A stretch of 20,000 bases of DNA from a bacterium. GTDB lineage: Bacteria; JADJOY01. The translations under genes and the position numbers were made by a program. Under the pieces are notes generated by a model. That model saw nothing but the letters and a program-made list of their open reading frames with translations. It had not been told where the DNA came from and ran no database searches. Of the stretch, positions 1 through 9,151 are shown one piece after another (positions within the stretch are counted from its first letter, which is position 1; each line of letters begins with the position of its first letter). The stretch lies in NCBI GenBank assembly GCA_046331705.1, contig JAXLQJ010000043.1, positions 46,596 to 66,595 of the forward strand, written 5' to 3'.

Positions 1-123
1 ATCGATGCGGCCGAAGCCGGCGTACGCGACCGAGTGCCGAGCGCGCGGCTCATCTTCGTGGAACCCGACGTCTATCGCGGTTCGTGAGCGCAGCGCGCGC
101 GAACCCGCCGGAGCCGAGTCAGC

Positions 124-1125
124 ATGCCCAAGACACTGGTCACCGGGGCCACCGGATTGGTGGGCTGGAACGTCGTTCAGGCATTGCGCGAGCGCGACCG
201 CCCCGTGCGGGCGTTGGTTCGCGATCCCGACAAGGCGCGTCGCTTGCTGCCCGCGGAGGTGGAGCTGGTGGCGGGTGACGTGACCGATCGCGCGTCCGTC
301 GATCGCGCGCTCGCCGACGTGAACGTCGTCTACCACGCCGCGGGATTGCCCGAGCAATGGCTGAAGGACGTGGGTCGATTCCAGCGCGTCAACGTGGAAG
401 GGACGCGCAACCTCGTGGATGCCGCGCTTCAGCGAAAGGTCGAGCGGTTCGTCTACACCAGCACCATCGACGTCTTTCAGGCGGCGACGTCGCAGGAATA
501 CGACGAGTCGAGCCCCATCGATGCAACGCCGAAGGGCACGCCCTACGAGCGTTCGAAGCAGGACGCCGACCGCGTGGTGGTGGCGGCGCTCGCGCAGGGG
601 CTCCACGCCGTGATCCTGCACCCCGCGGCGCTCTACGGCCCCGGTCCCGCCGGTTCGCCAGGCATCAACGACTTCATCGTCAGGCTCGAGAAGCACCAGA
701 TCCCGGCGCTGCTGCCCGGCGGCATGCCGGTGGTCCATTCGCGGGACGTCGGAGTGGGGCACGTCCTCGCCGAGGATCGGCCGGCCGGCAGCCGTTACAT
801 CCTGAGCGAGTCCTACGTCGACATCACGCATCTGGCGTGGATCGTGAGTCATGCGCTCGGACGCAAGGACATCCCGCGCGTCATGCCGCTTGGGCTCGCG
901 AGGCTCGTCTCGGAAATCGGCGAGCGCTGGGCCGCGTTGTCGGGCCGTCCGCCGCTCATTCCGCGCGGCCAGCTCCACTTCCTGCAATGGAAGGCGCGCC
1001 CCAAGAACAACAAGGCGCGCAAAGAGCTCAAATGGACGCCGATGCTCTTCCGCGACGGTGTCCGCGCGACCGTCGCCGAGCTGACCGGAAAGCCGCTCGC
1101 CGCCGCGTCCTCGCCTGCGGGCTGA
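124..1125 (+). CDS. NAD-dependent epimerase/dehydratase (extended SDR, HpnA/dihydroflavonol-reductase-like), 333 aa
   Basis: N-terminal Rossmann motif LVTGATGLVG, VYHAAG, VNVEGTRN, FVYTST and catalytic YERSK (YxxxK). GGAG lies about 11-14 nt upstream of the ATG. Confidence 0.9.
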   Translation: MPKTLVTGATGLVGWNVVQALRERDRPVRALVRDPDKARRLLPAEVELVAGDVTDRASVDRALADVNVVYHAAGLPEQWLKDVGRFQRVNVEGTRNLVDAALQRKVERFVYTSTIDVFQAATSQEYDESSPIDATPKGTPYERSKQDADRVVVAALAQGLHAVILHPAALYGPGPAGSPGINDFIVRLEKHQIPALLPGGMPVVHSRDVGVGHVLAEDRPAGSRYILSESYVDITHLAWIVSHALGRKDIPRVMPLGLARLVSEIGERWAALSGRPPLIPRGQLHFLQWKARPKNNKARKELKWTPMLFRDGVRATVAELTGKPLAAASSPAG

Positions 1126-1226
1126 CCCGGCGAGGGGACGCCGCCATGCCGGGGCACCGGCCGTCACGGGCGCTCGCATCCCGATCGTTTCGTGCGAGGA
1201 TGCCGGCGCGCACCTGGGCGCGCTCG

Positions 1227-3209
1227 ATGAACCGACTTCTGCATCCCGTCGGCCCTGCGGCACTCTGCGCCGTGCTCGCCCTCGCGGCCGCGTGCGGCGG
1301 CGACGGCAGCCGCAGCGCGCTCGTCCCCCTGGCGCTGCCCGAGGGCTGCAACCCACTCCTCGGCGGCGGCGACTGCTTTCTGCCGTACCCGAGCGATTTC
1401 TTCCGCGTGCCGGATGCGACCGCGACGAGCGGCGCGCGCATCGAGACCCGCGGTGCCGCCAAGCTCGCCGCCGCCGACGGCTCGAGCGCCGACGTCTCCG
1501 ACTGGCGCCCGATTCAAGGCTACTCGCGCTCCTCGACCGTCCTGGGAACGCTGCTCGCTCCCACGGCGGATGCGGGCCTGGTGGGCTTCTTCGACTCGCC
1601 CGGCGAGACGCTTGCGGTGCGCAGCTCGGCGACGCTGATCGTCGATGCCGCCAGCGGCGAGTTGGTGCCGCACTTCGCCGATCTCGACCCGCGCGCCAAC
1701 GACGCGAGCCGCCAAGCGATCGCGCTCCATCCGGTGGTCCCGCTCGGCGAGTCGCGTCGCTACATCGTCGCGTTCCACGGGCTCGTCAGCCCGACGGGCG
1801 CGGACGTGCCGGCGCCGGAGGGTTTCCGGCGCATCCGCGACGGCGAGGCCGCGGGAGACACCGCGCTGGCGCCCCTCGTCGCTCGCTACGAGAGCGACGT
1901 CTTCCCCCCGCTCGAGGCGCTCGGCTTGCCGCGCGCCGAGATCCAGCTCGCGTGGGACTTCACCACCGGCTCGGACCTGGACGTGACCGGCGACATGCGG
2001 CGGGTCCGCGAGCTGGCGCTCGCGTGGCTCGCGTCGCACACGCCCGAGATCACCATCGACGACGTCGAAGAGCACGCACCCGGCGACGGCTCCGGGCTGT
2101 GGCGCACGGTCTCCGGCACCGTGCGCGGTCCGCGCTTCGTCGACTCACCCGATCCCGGCGCGCGCCTCACGCGCGACGGCGACGGCCGCGTGCGCCAAGA
2201 CGGCACCGTCGCGTTCCCGTTCCTCGCGCAGATCCCCGAACGCCTCCGCGATCCCGCCGCGGGCGCGGGCCGCGTGATCGGTCTCGGCCATGGCTTCTTC
2301 GGCACGCGCAACGAGGTGCGCAGCGCCTCGGCGATTCAGTCGGCGAATGCGCTCGGCGCGGTGGTCACGTCCATCGACTGGTGGGGCATGTCGGTCACCG
2401 ACGCACCCGGCGTGGTGCTCTCGCTGGTGGGCAACCCGGCGCGCGCCACGCTCTTCACGGATCGCGTTCATCAGGCGATCGCCAACTGGCTCACCTTCAC
2501 CGTGGCGCTGCGCGGTCCGCTGGTGGGAACGGCGGCGTTCCAGCGACCCGGCACGGAGCAGTCGGTCTACGACCCGAGTCGCGTCGACTTCTGGGGACTC
2601 TCCAACGGCGCGATCCTCGGCACCGTGCAATCGGCGATGAACCCGTGGAGCGAGCGCGTCTGCCTCAACGTGGGCGGCGCCGGCTGGTCGCAGATGATGT
2701 GGCGCTCGGGAAACTTCGTGCCGTTCCTGCTCGCCGCGTCGCTCTCGATCCCCGATCCGCTGGTGCAGCAGGAGTACGTCGCGTCGATTCAGCGGCACAT
2801 GGACCGCATCGATCCCGCCACCTACGCGCCGCTCTTCTTCGATCCCGAGCTGCCGCAGAATCCAGCCGATCGCCACGTGGTGCTGCAGATGGGCCTCGGC
2901 GACGCCGGCGTCCCCAACGTGGGCAGCTTCTACCTGGCGCGGGCGCTCGGCGCCGCCGTCACCATGCCGACCGCGGCGCCCATCTGGGGCGTCGATCCCG
3001 TGGTGGGCTTCGACGCCCGCGCCGGCGTCACCGTCTTCGACATGGGCGTCGACGCATCCTTCGAGGCCAAAGCCTCGCCACCGCTCGCCGGCAACGTCGT
3101 CCACGACGGCGTGCGATTGCTGGCCGCCGCCGACCGCCAGCTCGACGCCCTCTTCTCCGTGGAAGGCCGCGTCATCCACCCCTGCGACGGCCCCTGCGAC
3201 CCCGAGTAG
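1227..3209 (+). CDS. Lipoprotein with N-terminal Ig-like region and C-terminal alpha/beta-hydrolase (lipase/esterase-like), about 660 aa
   Basis: Start reassigned to ATG 1227 within ORF 357..3209, because the upstream part overlaps the SDR gene. Signal peptide ends in LALAAAC-GG. Also has a PYPSD motif, GHGFFG oxyanion region, nucleophile elbow GLSNG, candidate Asp (GDAGV) and His (NVVHDG), and a C-terminal HPCDGPCDPE. Confidence 0.75.
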   Translation: MNRLLHPVGPAALCAVLALAAACGGDGSRSALVPLALPEGCNPLLGGGDCFLPYPSDFFRVPDATATSGARIETRGAAKLAAADGSSADVSDWRPIQGYSRSSTVLGTLLAPTADAGLVGFFDSPGETLAVRSSATLIVDAASGELVPHFADLDPRANDASRQAIALHPVVPLGESRRYIVAFHGLVSPTGADVPAPEGFRRIRDGEAAGDTALAPLVARYESDVFPPLEALGLPRAEIQLAWDFTTGSDLDVTGDMRRVRELALAWLASHTPEITIDDVEEHAPGDGSGLWRTVSGTVRGPRFVDSPDPGARLTRDGDGRVRQDGTVAFPFLAQIPERLRDPAAGAGRVIGLGHGFFGTRNEVRSASAIQSANALGAVVTSIDWWGMSVTDAPGVVLSLVGNPARATLFTDRVHQAIANWLTFTVALRGPLVGTAAFQRPGTEQSVYDPSRVDFWGLSNGAILGTVQSAMNPWSERVCLNVGGAGWSQMMWRSGNFVPFLLAASLSIPDPLVQQEYVASIQRHMDRIDPATYAPLFFDPELPQNPADRHVVLQMGLGDAGVPNVGSFYLARALGAAVTMPTAAPIWGVDPVVGFDARAGVTVFDMGVDASFEAKASPPLAGNVVHDGVRLLAAADRQLDALFSVEGRVIHPCDGPCDPE

Positions 3210-3333
3210 CAGCGGCGCCCATCGTCCGGCGCGTGATCGGTCCCTCGGCAGCCCCGAAGCCCGCGCGTACGAGAATCGAGCCGGCTCCTCACCGAGCGCT
3301 CCGCGACCAACGACGACGCCGTGCGCGCGAGCT

Positions 3334-5139
3334 TCACCGTTCGAGGCGCAGGGCGATGTCCCGGGAGAAGTCGGGGATCGCGAGATCGATGGCGCCGCCG
3401 CGGGGACGCTCGGTGGATCGGCCGATCTCGGCGCCGGTGTACGTGTCGAACCAACGGGCATGCCACACGCCCTCGCCTTCGACCGGCACGCGGACGGTGG
3501 CGCCGGAGAGGGTCGACGAGTCGGGGCGATACCACTGGTGCGCGTCGTTCTTGATCCACACGAGCGCGGTGTGACGGCCGCGCAGCGCAAGGGTGACGAG
3601 GGCGGCGCTCGGTGCGGTGGCGCTGGCGCCGCCGACGGCGAACTCCTCGTCGTCGAAGGCGACGTCTTCGACGAAGCTGGCGAGAGCGCCGAAGTGGACG
3701 TAGGCGTCCGTGGGATCGACGACGTTGTCCCACCACCACGTCATGCCGGTGCCGAAGGCGCCGCTGAGGGCGCCGGCCCACAGCATGTCGTGGACGCCGG
3801 TGCTCTCGGGGTCGGCCGCGAGGGTCTCGGCGGGGCCCCGGAAGTCCACGCCCGCTTCGCCAGCGAGCGTGGCTTTGCCGTAGCGGCCCATGTGCGCGGC
3901 GAGCAGCGGCAGCGCGTGGCTGAAGTCGAGCGGTAGCCCGGCGACCGAGTAGAGGTGCACTTGGGTGAACGCGATCTCGGGCAGCTGCCAGAGATCGCGC
4001 AGCAACGCGGTGCCGAGAAAGAGATCGAGAAGCGCGGGCGTGCCGCTGGTGCTGGTGGTGATGGGCCGCCGCGCCGGATCGAGATCCTGGATCGCGCGCG
4101 CCATGGATTGGTGCCACTCCACCAGCGCCGCCGTGCCCGGTGAGTCAGCGAGGTCCACCTCGTTCCAGAGCTCCCACGCCAGCAGGTTGGTGGCGTAGCC
4201 GTAGCGCGCCACCAGGTAGCGCAGCCGGCGCTCGAAAAGCGAGCGCGCCGAGGGGTCGGTGAAGAATCGCGCAGGAGCGGCGAGCGGCCCGCCGTTGGCG
4301 GCGTTGTACGGGTTCCCGTCCCACTCGCTGTTGGCGGTGAGCGAGAAGGCGCCATGGTTCTGGATCGAGAGCAGGACCGCGATGCCGAGGGAGCGCGCCT
4401 TCTCGATCACGTCGTCGAGCTGCCAGGCGCGATCGAGTCGTGCCGTGTAGTCGCCGAGCGAGGTCGCCTCGAGGCCGCCGTCGGGCGCGCGCTCGGTCCA
4501 TTCGAGGGCGAACGCCCAGCTCGGCATCCAGAGCCGCGCATAGGTGGCGCGTTGCGCGGCGAGCTTCTCGAGCCAGTCGTCGTAGGCGAACGTGCCGCGG
4601 CCGTCGTACCAGCACAGGTTCTCGCCGATCGCGAAGTAGGGCGTGCCGTCCTCGTGACGGAGGTAGCGCGCGTCGCGCTCGCTCACGTGCAGGAAGCCGT
4701 GCTCGTTCGCCGCGGGGGCGCCCACCTCGACGGCGCTCCAGGGGCTCGTTCGCTCGTCGGTGTCGCCGCTCGCCGTCACCTGGCGCGCGACGAAGCGCCA
4801 TTCGAAGTGGCCGGCTTCGCTCGGCGCGAAGCGAACGACCCAGTGCGGATCGCTCGCGGCTTCGAGCGATTCGCGCCCGTCGACGAGCTCGCGGGTGAAG
4901 TCGCGGGTGACGAACGCGGGAACGCGCACGAGCGCTCCCAGAGGTGTGCGGAGCTCACCCCACACGTCCGCTTGCGCGGGATCGAACGGATTGGGGGCGA
5001 GCACGGGCAGGTCGAGGGTGCGCTCGAGCTTCCCCCAGGCGGTGAGCTCGGCGGTCGGCGCGCCGTCGTTCGACGAGGACGACGAGCCGCAGCCGGCGAG
5101 GACCAGGACGAGGAACGCCGAGAGCCGGCACGCGTTCAC
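3334..5139 (-). CDS. Lipoprotein, DUF5060-like N-terminal domain plus clan GH-A (GH5-like) glycoside hydrolase
   Basis: Probable GTG start at 5139 (alternative 5157). Lipobox LVLAG-C followed by a Ser linker. NPFDP...WVVRFAPSEAGHFEW resembles DUF5060. Also HGFLHV, DGTPYFAIGEN, acid/base WELWNEVD and candidate nucleophile LAGEAG. Confidence 0.8.
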   Translation of the reverse strand: MNACRLSAFLVLVLAGCGSSSSSNDGAPTAELTAWGKLERTLDLPVLAPNPFDPAQADVWGELRTPLGALVRVPAFVTRDFTRELVDGRESLEAASDPHWVVRFAPSEAGHFEWRFVARQVTASGDTDERTSPWSAVEVGAPAANEHGFLHVSERDARYLRHEDGTPYFAIGENLCWYDGRGTFAYDDWLEKLAAQRATYARLWMPSWAFALEWTERAPDGGLEATSLGDYTARLDRAWQLDDVIEKARSLGIAVLLSIQNHGAFSLTANSEWDGNPYNAANGGPLAAPARFFTDPSARSLFERRLRYLVARYGYATNLLAWELWNEVDLADSPGTAALVEWHQSMARAIQDLDPARRPITTSTSGTPALLDLFLGTALLRDLWQLPEIAFTQVHLYSVAGLPLDFSHALPLLAAHMGRYGKATLAGEAGVDFRGPAETLAADPESTGVHDMLWAGALSGAFGTGMTWWWDNVVDPTDAYVHFGALASFVEDVAFDDEEFAVGGASATAPSAALVTLALRGRHTALVWIKNDAHQWYRPDSSTLSGATVRVPVEGEGVWHARWFDTYTGAEIGRSTERPRGGAIDLAIPDFSRDIALRLER

Positions 5140-5201
5140 GGGGCGCGTCGCGGCCACGAGGATTCGTGGCCCTGGAGACGGTCGTGGCGGGCTTCGTCCG
5201 C

Positions 5202-6029
5202 TCACTTCGGGATCTTGATCTTCCGGAGGTCCGGCGGCCCAGGCGGATAGCGCAAGTCGAGGTCCTCGAGCGTGTGCCGCAACAGCCGCGCGACCACGTG
5301 ATTGCGGTACCACTTGCGATTGGCGGGGATCACGTACCAGGGGGCCCACGGCGTCGAGCAGCGCCGAAGCGCCACCGCGTAGGCCTCCATGTAGTGGTCC
5401 CAGAGATTGCGCTCGCCGATGTCGCCCGCCTGGAACTTCCAGTGCTTGGTGGGATCGGCGAGCCGCTCTTCGAGGCGCTTGCGCTGCTCGTCGCGGCTGA
5501 TGTGGAGGAAGAGCTTCAGGATCCGCGTGCCGCTCTCCGTCAGCATCCGCTCGAAGTCGTTGATCTGCCGGTAGCGCTCCTCGATCACCTCCGGCGAGGC
5601 CCAGCCGTGGACGCGCACCACCAGCACGTCCTCGTAGTGCGAGCGGTTGAGGACGCCGATTCGGCCCTTGGGCGGGCAGCGCTGATGCACGCGCCACAGG
5701 AAGTCGTGCGCCAGCTCCTCGGGCGTGGGCTTTTTGAACGAGTGGACCTCGAGCCCCAGCGAGTCGAGCGGACCGAAGACCTTGCGAATGGTGCCGTCCT
5801 TGCCGCCGGTGTCCATCGCCTGCAGCACCACCAGCACGCCGTGCGAGGCGGCGGCCACCAGCTTCTCTTGAAGCTCGTCGAGCGCGGCGAGGTCCTCGTC
5901 GAGAAGCTTCTCGCCCCGCTCCTTGTCGAGGCCGCCGTCATCGTCGGGATCGAAGCGGCCGAGATCGACCTTCCTTCCGTGCGTGGGGATGCGACAGCGC
6001 TTGCGGATGCGGGCTGCGTCGTTGGCCAT
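5202..6029 (-). CDS. ppk2: Polyphosphate kinase 2 family protein (single domain, class III-like), 275 aa
   Basis: Walker A region LQAMDTGGKDG, FKKPTPEELAHDFLWR, NRSHYEDVLVVRVH, KLFLHIS, KHWKF and APWYVIPANRKWYRN. ATG 6029 (MANDAAR) is preferred over 6071. Confidence 0.93.
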   Translation of the reverse strand: MANDAARIRKRCRIPTHGRKVDLGRFDPDDDGGLDKERGEKLLDEDLAALDELQEKLVAAASHGVLVVLQAMDTGGKDGTIRKVFGPLDSLGLEVHSFKKPTPEELAHDFLWRVHQRCPPKGRIGVLNRSHYEDVLVVRVHGWASPEVIEERYRQINDFERMLTESGTRILKLFLHISRDEQRKRLEERLADPTKHWKFQAGDIGERNLWDHYMEAYAVALRRCSTPWAPWYVIPANRKWYRNHVVARLLRHTLEDLDLRYPPGPPDLRKIKIPK

Positions 6030-6092
6030 GCGGCGAGTATCCCCGATGCCGGTCCCGCCGATCCACCGCAACGATCGCGCTTCTCACGAAGG

Positions 6093-6149
6093 CGGGCGAA
6101 CGGCGCGCGCGGGAGGTTGGGGGGAAGAAGCCCGCGCGCGCCGCGCCCG
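6093..6149 (-). terminator. Strong GC hairpin directly 3' of the beta-propeller gene (terminator or mRNA-stabilising stem)
   Basis: CGGCGCGCGCGGG (6101-6113) is the exact reverse complement of CCCGCGCGCGCCG (6131-6143). The stem extends via CGGGCG (6093-6098)/CGCCCG (6144-6149) around a 2-nt bulge. No good U-tract. Confidence 0.5.
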
Positions 6150-6157
6150 AAAGAGGG

Positions 6158-7456
6158 CTATTCGTCGCAAGGCTCGGGGGCGCGGTGCCAGATCTCGGCG
6201 CCGGTGGGAGACGTCGCGCAGCCGTAGCATTGCGCCGTGCCGACGTAGAGATCGTCGAAGAAAGTCTCGAGCCCGCGGATGCCGAGATTGCGTGCGTCGC
6301 CGAAGCCGGCGGGGGCGAGCTTGCCGCGCGGCCCCACCTCCTCGACCCAGGTGATCCCGTCCTTGGTGCGATAGAGGACCGCTCCCTGCTTGGCCGCGGT
6401 GGCGTCGGAGTCGGCGGCCACGTACGTGCCCAGGTAGAGCTGATCGCCGTGCTCGTGGAGGCGCCAGCCGTAGCCGCGCGCCGGATCGTCGTGGCCGTTC
6501 TGGACGACGCTCTGCCAGCTCGCGCCGAGATCGCGGCTGCGCCAGACCGCGAAGCCGTTCCGCGGGTTGCCGGTGCTCGCGTAGAGCGCGCCGCGGAACG
6601 CGATCATGCTCAGGATCTCGATGTTGCCGGAGTCGCCGAACCCGGCGCGCGTGGCGGCGGCGCCGCCCACCACCGGTGCGAGCGTGCTGCCGTCGAAGCG
6701 ATAGATCCGTGCGCCGCGCCCGTTCCACGCGGCGATGAAGAGCTGATCGCCGAGCGGCGCGATCTCGCCGAAGGTGTGGTTGCCGACGTCGTCGAGACCG
6801 TTGGCGGCCATGCGGCTCCACGAGGCGCCGTCGTACGTCCAGAGCTCGGCGCCGCGCGCGTTCGAGGTGCCGATCCAGAGCTTCTTGCGCCAGACCACGA
6901 AACCGCGCACCGAGAGATTCGCCGGGTTGCCGAGGCCCGGCTCGCCCAGACGCTTCCAGGCGACGCCGTCGCTGGTGCGCCAGAGCTCGGCGCCGGTGGC
7001 GGGATTGTGGGTCGCGGCGAGCAGCGCTCCTCCGTACACCACGAAGTTTCGGATGCCGAGGTTGAAGCGGTTGCCGAAACCGTCGCCGACGACACGCTGC
7101 CAGGCGTCGCCGTCGTAACGCCACACTTGCGCGCCGGTGGTCGCGCTCTCGTTCGACGCGCGCGGCGCGCCCACGTCCGGATCGTCGCCAGGCGCGCCCG
7201 TTCCGCGATCGAGTGTGCCCACGTAGAGGTGATCGCCGAACGCCTTCATCGACCACGCCCAGCGATTGGCGGCGTCGCCGAAGCCGTCGGCGTTGACCTG
7301 CGTCCAGCAGCCCGCGGGCACGGCGGCCTTGCGCGCGGGCGCGTCGTCGCCGGTCAACGCGGAAGCGTCTCGCGGCGCCGTCTGCGGCGCACCGCACCCG
7401 AGAATCAGCGACATCAGCGACGTCGACGCCAGGCACCTCGCCCCAACGCGCAGCAT
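6158..7456 (-). CDS. Putative lipoprotein, seven-repeat beta-propeller of unknown function, 432 aa
   Basis: ATG 7456 is preceded by GGAGGGGGAG. Signal peptide ends LMSLILG-C. Seven repeats of W-x-x-V-x-x-x-G-(F/L)-G-(D/N)-x-x-N ... L-Y-V-G-T ... GAxxWR. Confidence 0.75.
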   Translation of the reverse strand: MLRVGARCLASTSLMSLILGCGAPQTAPRDASALTGDDAPARKAAVPAGCWTQVNADGFGDAANRWAWSMKAFGDHLYVGTLDRGTGAPGDDPDVGAPRASNESATTGAQVWRYDGDAWQRVVGDGFGNRFNLGIRNFVVYGGALLAATHNPATGAELWRTSDGVAWKRLGEPGLGNPANLSVRGFVVWRKKLWIGTSNARGAELWTYDGASWSRMAANGLDDVGNHTFGEIAPLGDQLFIAAWNGRGARIYRFDGSTLAPVVGGAAATRAGFGDSGNIEILSMIAFRGALYASTGNPRNGFAVWRSRDLGASWQSVVQNGHDDPARGYGWRLHEHGDQLYLGTYVAADSDATAAKQGAVLYRTKDGITWVEEVGPRGKLAPAGFGDARNLGIRGLETFFDDLYVGTAQCYGCATSPTGAEIWHRAPEPCDE

Positions 7457-7568
7457 GAGCGCTCCCCCTCCGCAGAGCGGAATCCGAGTCGGGCTCGCTC
7501 CGCGTGAATCGCGTCGCGTGCGTCGCCGACGTCCGCGCTGCCACTCGTCTTGCCCACCCGACGGCGAG

Positions 7569-7584
7569 AGCAAGAGACGCGCCG
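7569..7584 (-). promoter_or_regulatory. Candidate sigma54 (-24/-12) promoter for the beta-propeller gene
   Basis: The minus strand reads CGGCGCG-TCTC-TTGCT against the consensus TGGCACG-N4-TTGCW. It has exact GG-N10-GC spacing and lies about 110 nt upstream of ATG 7456. Confidence 0.4.
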
Positions 7585-7957
7585 TCGCAACGGGCGTCAT
7601 CGTGTTGACCGCGTCGGCGGAGCGAGCTCGCGACGCGCACCGCAGCCGCGCGCGAGGCGCCGGCGCAAGGCTCGATCGCAACACGCGAATCCGCCGTCGC
7701 GGTGCGGGAAGCCGAAGCGATCCACGATACGCGAGCGACGTCCGCATCGAGCCGTGGGTGCGTCGAGAAACTGGCGCCTGTGATTCGCCGCATCCCACGG
7801 TTCTCGGCGGGGACGCCACTCGCGTTAGCAGGCTGCCGAAGCGCTCGCCGGCGCGCCACCGGCGTGTGGCGCCTTCACCGCCCGTTCAGCGGTGGAGTCG
7901 CGAGCGAACGCTTCGCCGTTTGTGGTTCGTGCGGCCTTCGAGTATTCCCCGCATCCG

Positions 7958-9151
7958 ATGCGCTTCATCCACACCGCCGATTGGCATCTGGGGCGCCTCT
8001 TCCACGGCGTCCATCTCACCGACGATCAGCGCCACGTGCTGGCGCAGCTCGTGACGCTGGCTCGCGAAGCGCGCGCCGATGCGCTGATCGTCGCGGGCGA
8101 CGTCTACGATCGCGCGGTCCCGCCGCCCGAGGCGGTGAGCCTTCTCGACGAGGTGCTCACGCGACTCGTGCTCGACGAGCGCATCCCGGTCATCGTGATC
8201 GCCGGTAACCACGACGGGCCCGATCGCCTCGCGTTCGGCTCGCGGATCCTCGCCGAGCGCGGGCTGCACGTTCTCGGCGTGCCCGACGCCGCGCCGCAGC
8301 CGATTCGTCTTGCCGATGCGTGGGGCACGGTCGAGGTCTTCGCCGCGCCGTTCGCCGATCCCGCGACCTTCCGAGCCCAGCTCGGCCGCGACGACCTCCA
8401 CGACCACGATGCCGCGCTGGGCGCGTGGGTGGAGCGCGCGCGCGTCGCCGCCGATCCCGCGGCGCGCCCGGTGCTCGTGGGTCACGCGTTCGTGCGCGGT
8501 GGCGCCGAGAGCGAGTCCGAGCGGCCGCTCAGCGTCGGCGGCGCCGGCGCCGTCGACGTGGCACGTCTCGACGGATTCGCGTACGTGGCGCTCGGTCATC
8601 TGCACCGGCCGCAAGCGCTGCGCGCCGACGGCGCGATCGCGTACGCGGGGTCGTTGCTCAAGTACTCGTTCTCGGAGGTGGATCACCCCAAGTCCGTGAG
8701 CGTCGTCGAGATCGACGCGCGCGGTCGCGCGTCCATCGAGCGAGTCGCGCTCACACCGCGTCGCGACGTGCGCATCCTCGAGGGCCATCTGGACGAGCTC
8801 ACCCGCGGTCGAACCGCGGCGGGGCCGGTCGCGGGCTCGCGCGACGACTATTTCCGCGTGCGCCTGCTCGACTCCGGGCCGCTGCTCGATCCGATCGGCA
8901 AGCTGCGCCAGGTCTTCCCGAACGTCCTCGAGCTCGAGCGCCCCCTGGATCGCACGACGACGCCGGCGGCGGGGAGCGTGGCTCCCGCCGATCGTCGTCA
9001 GCTCGGCGACGTGGAGCTCTTCGAGGCGTTCGTGCGCGAGATCACGGGCGACGCGCTCTCGGATGCGCAGCGCGAGCTGTTGCGCGACGTGCTGGTCGAG
9101 GTCGAGCGCGCCGAGAGCGAAGGCGACGCGGAGGCCGTCGGTGCGTCCTGA
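7958..9151 (+). CDS. sbcD: Exonuclease SbcCD subunit D (Mre11-like metallophosphoesterase)
   Basis: MRFIHTADWHLG, AGDVYDR, IAGNHD, VGHAFV, SESERPLSVGG, YVALGHLH and YAGSLLKYSFSE. Directly upstream of an SbcC gene. Confidence 0.96.
   Translation: MRFIHTADWHLGRLFHGVHLTDDQRHVLAQLVTLAREARADALIVAGDVYDRAVPPPEAVSLLDEVLTRLVLDERIPVIVIAGNHDGPDRLAFGSRILAERGLHVLGVPDAAPQPIRLADAWGTVEVFAAPFADPATFRAQLGRDDLHDHDAALGAWVERARVAADPAARPVLVGHAFVRGGAESESERPLSVGGAGAVDVARLDGFAYVALGHLHRPQALRADGAIAYAGSLLKYSFSEVDHPKSVSVVEIDARGRASIERVALTPRRDVRILEGHLDELTRGRTAAGPVAGSRDDYFRVRLLDSGPLLDPIGKLRQVFPNVLELERPLDRTTTPAAGSVAPADRRQLGDVELFEAFVREITGDALSDAQRELLRDVLVEVERAESEGDAEAVGAS

Noticed and set aside
1-53. Possible start of a minus-strand gene (ATG at 53, MSRALGTRSR...) running off the window
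   Set aside because: Only about 17 codons are visible and there is no recognisable motif.
357-1226. N-terminal 290 codons of the 950-aa ORF 357..3209
   Set aside because: Overlaps the SDR gene in another frame and is Arg/Ala/Pro-rich noise. The real protein starts at the signal peptide at 1227.
5158-5697. N-terminal extension of the 787-aa ORF 3334..5697, suggesting a PPK2-GH fusion or frameshift
   Set aside because: It is an off-frame read-through of ppk2. ppk2 has its own stop at 5202 and the GH has its own lipoprotein signal.
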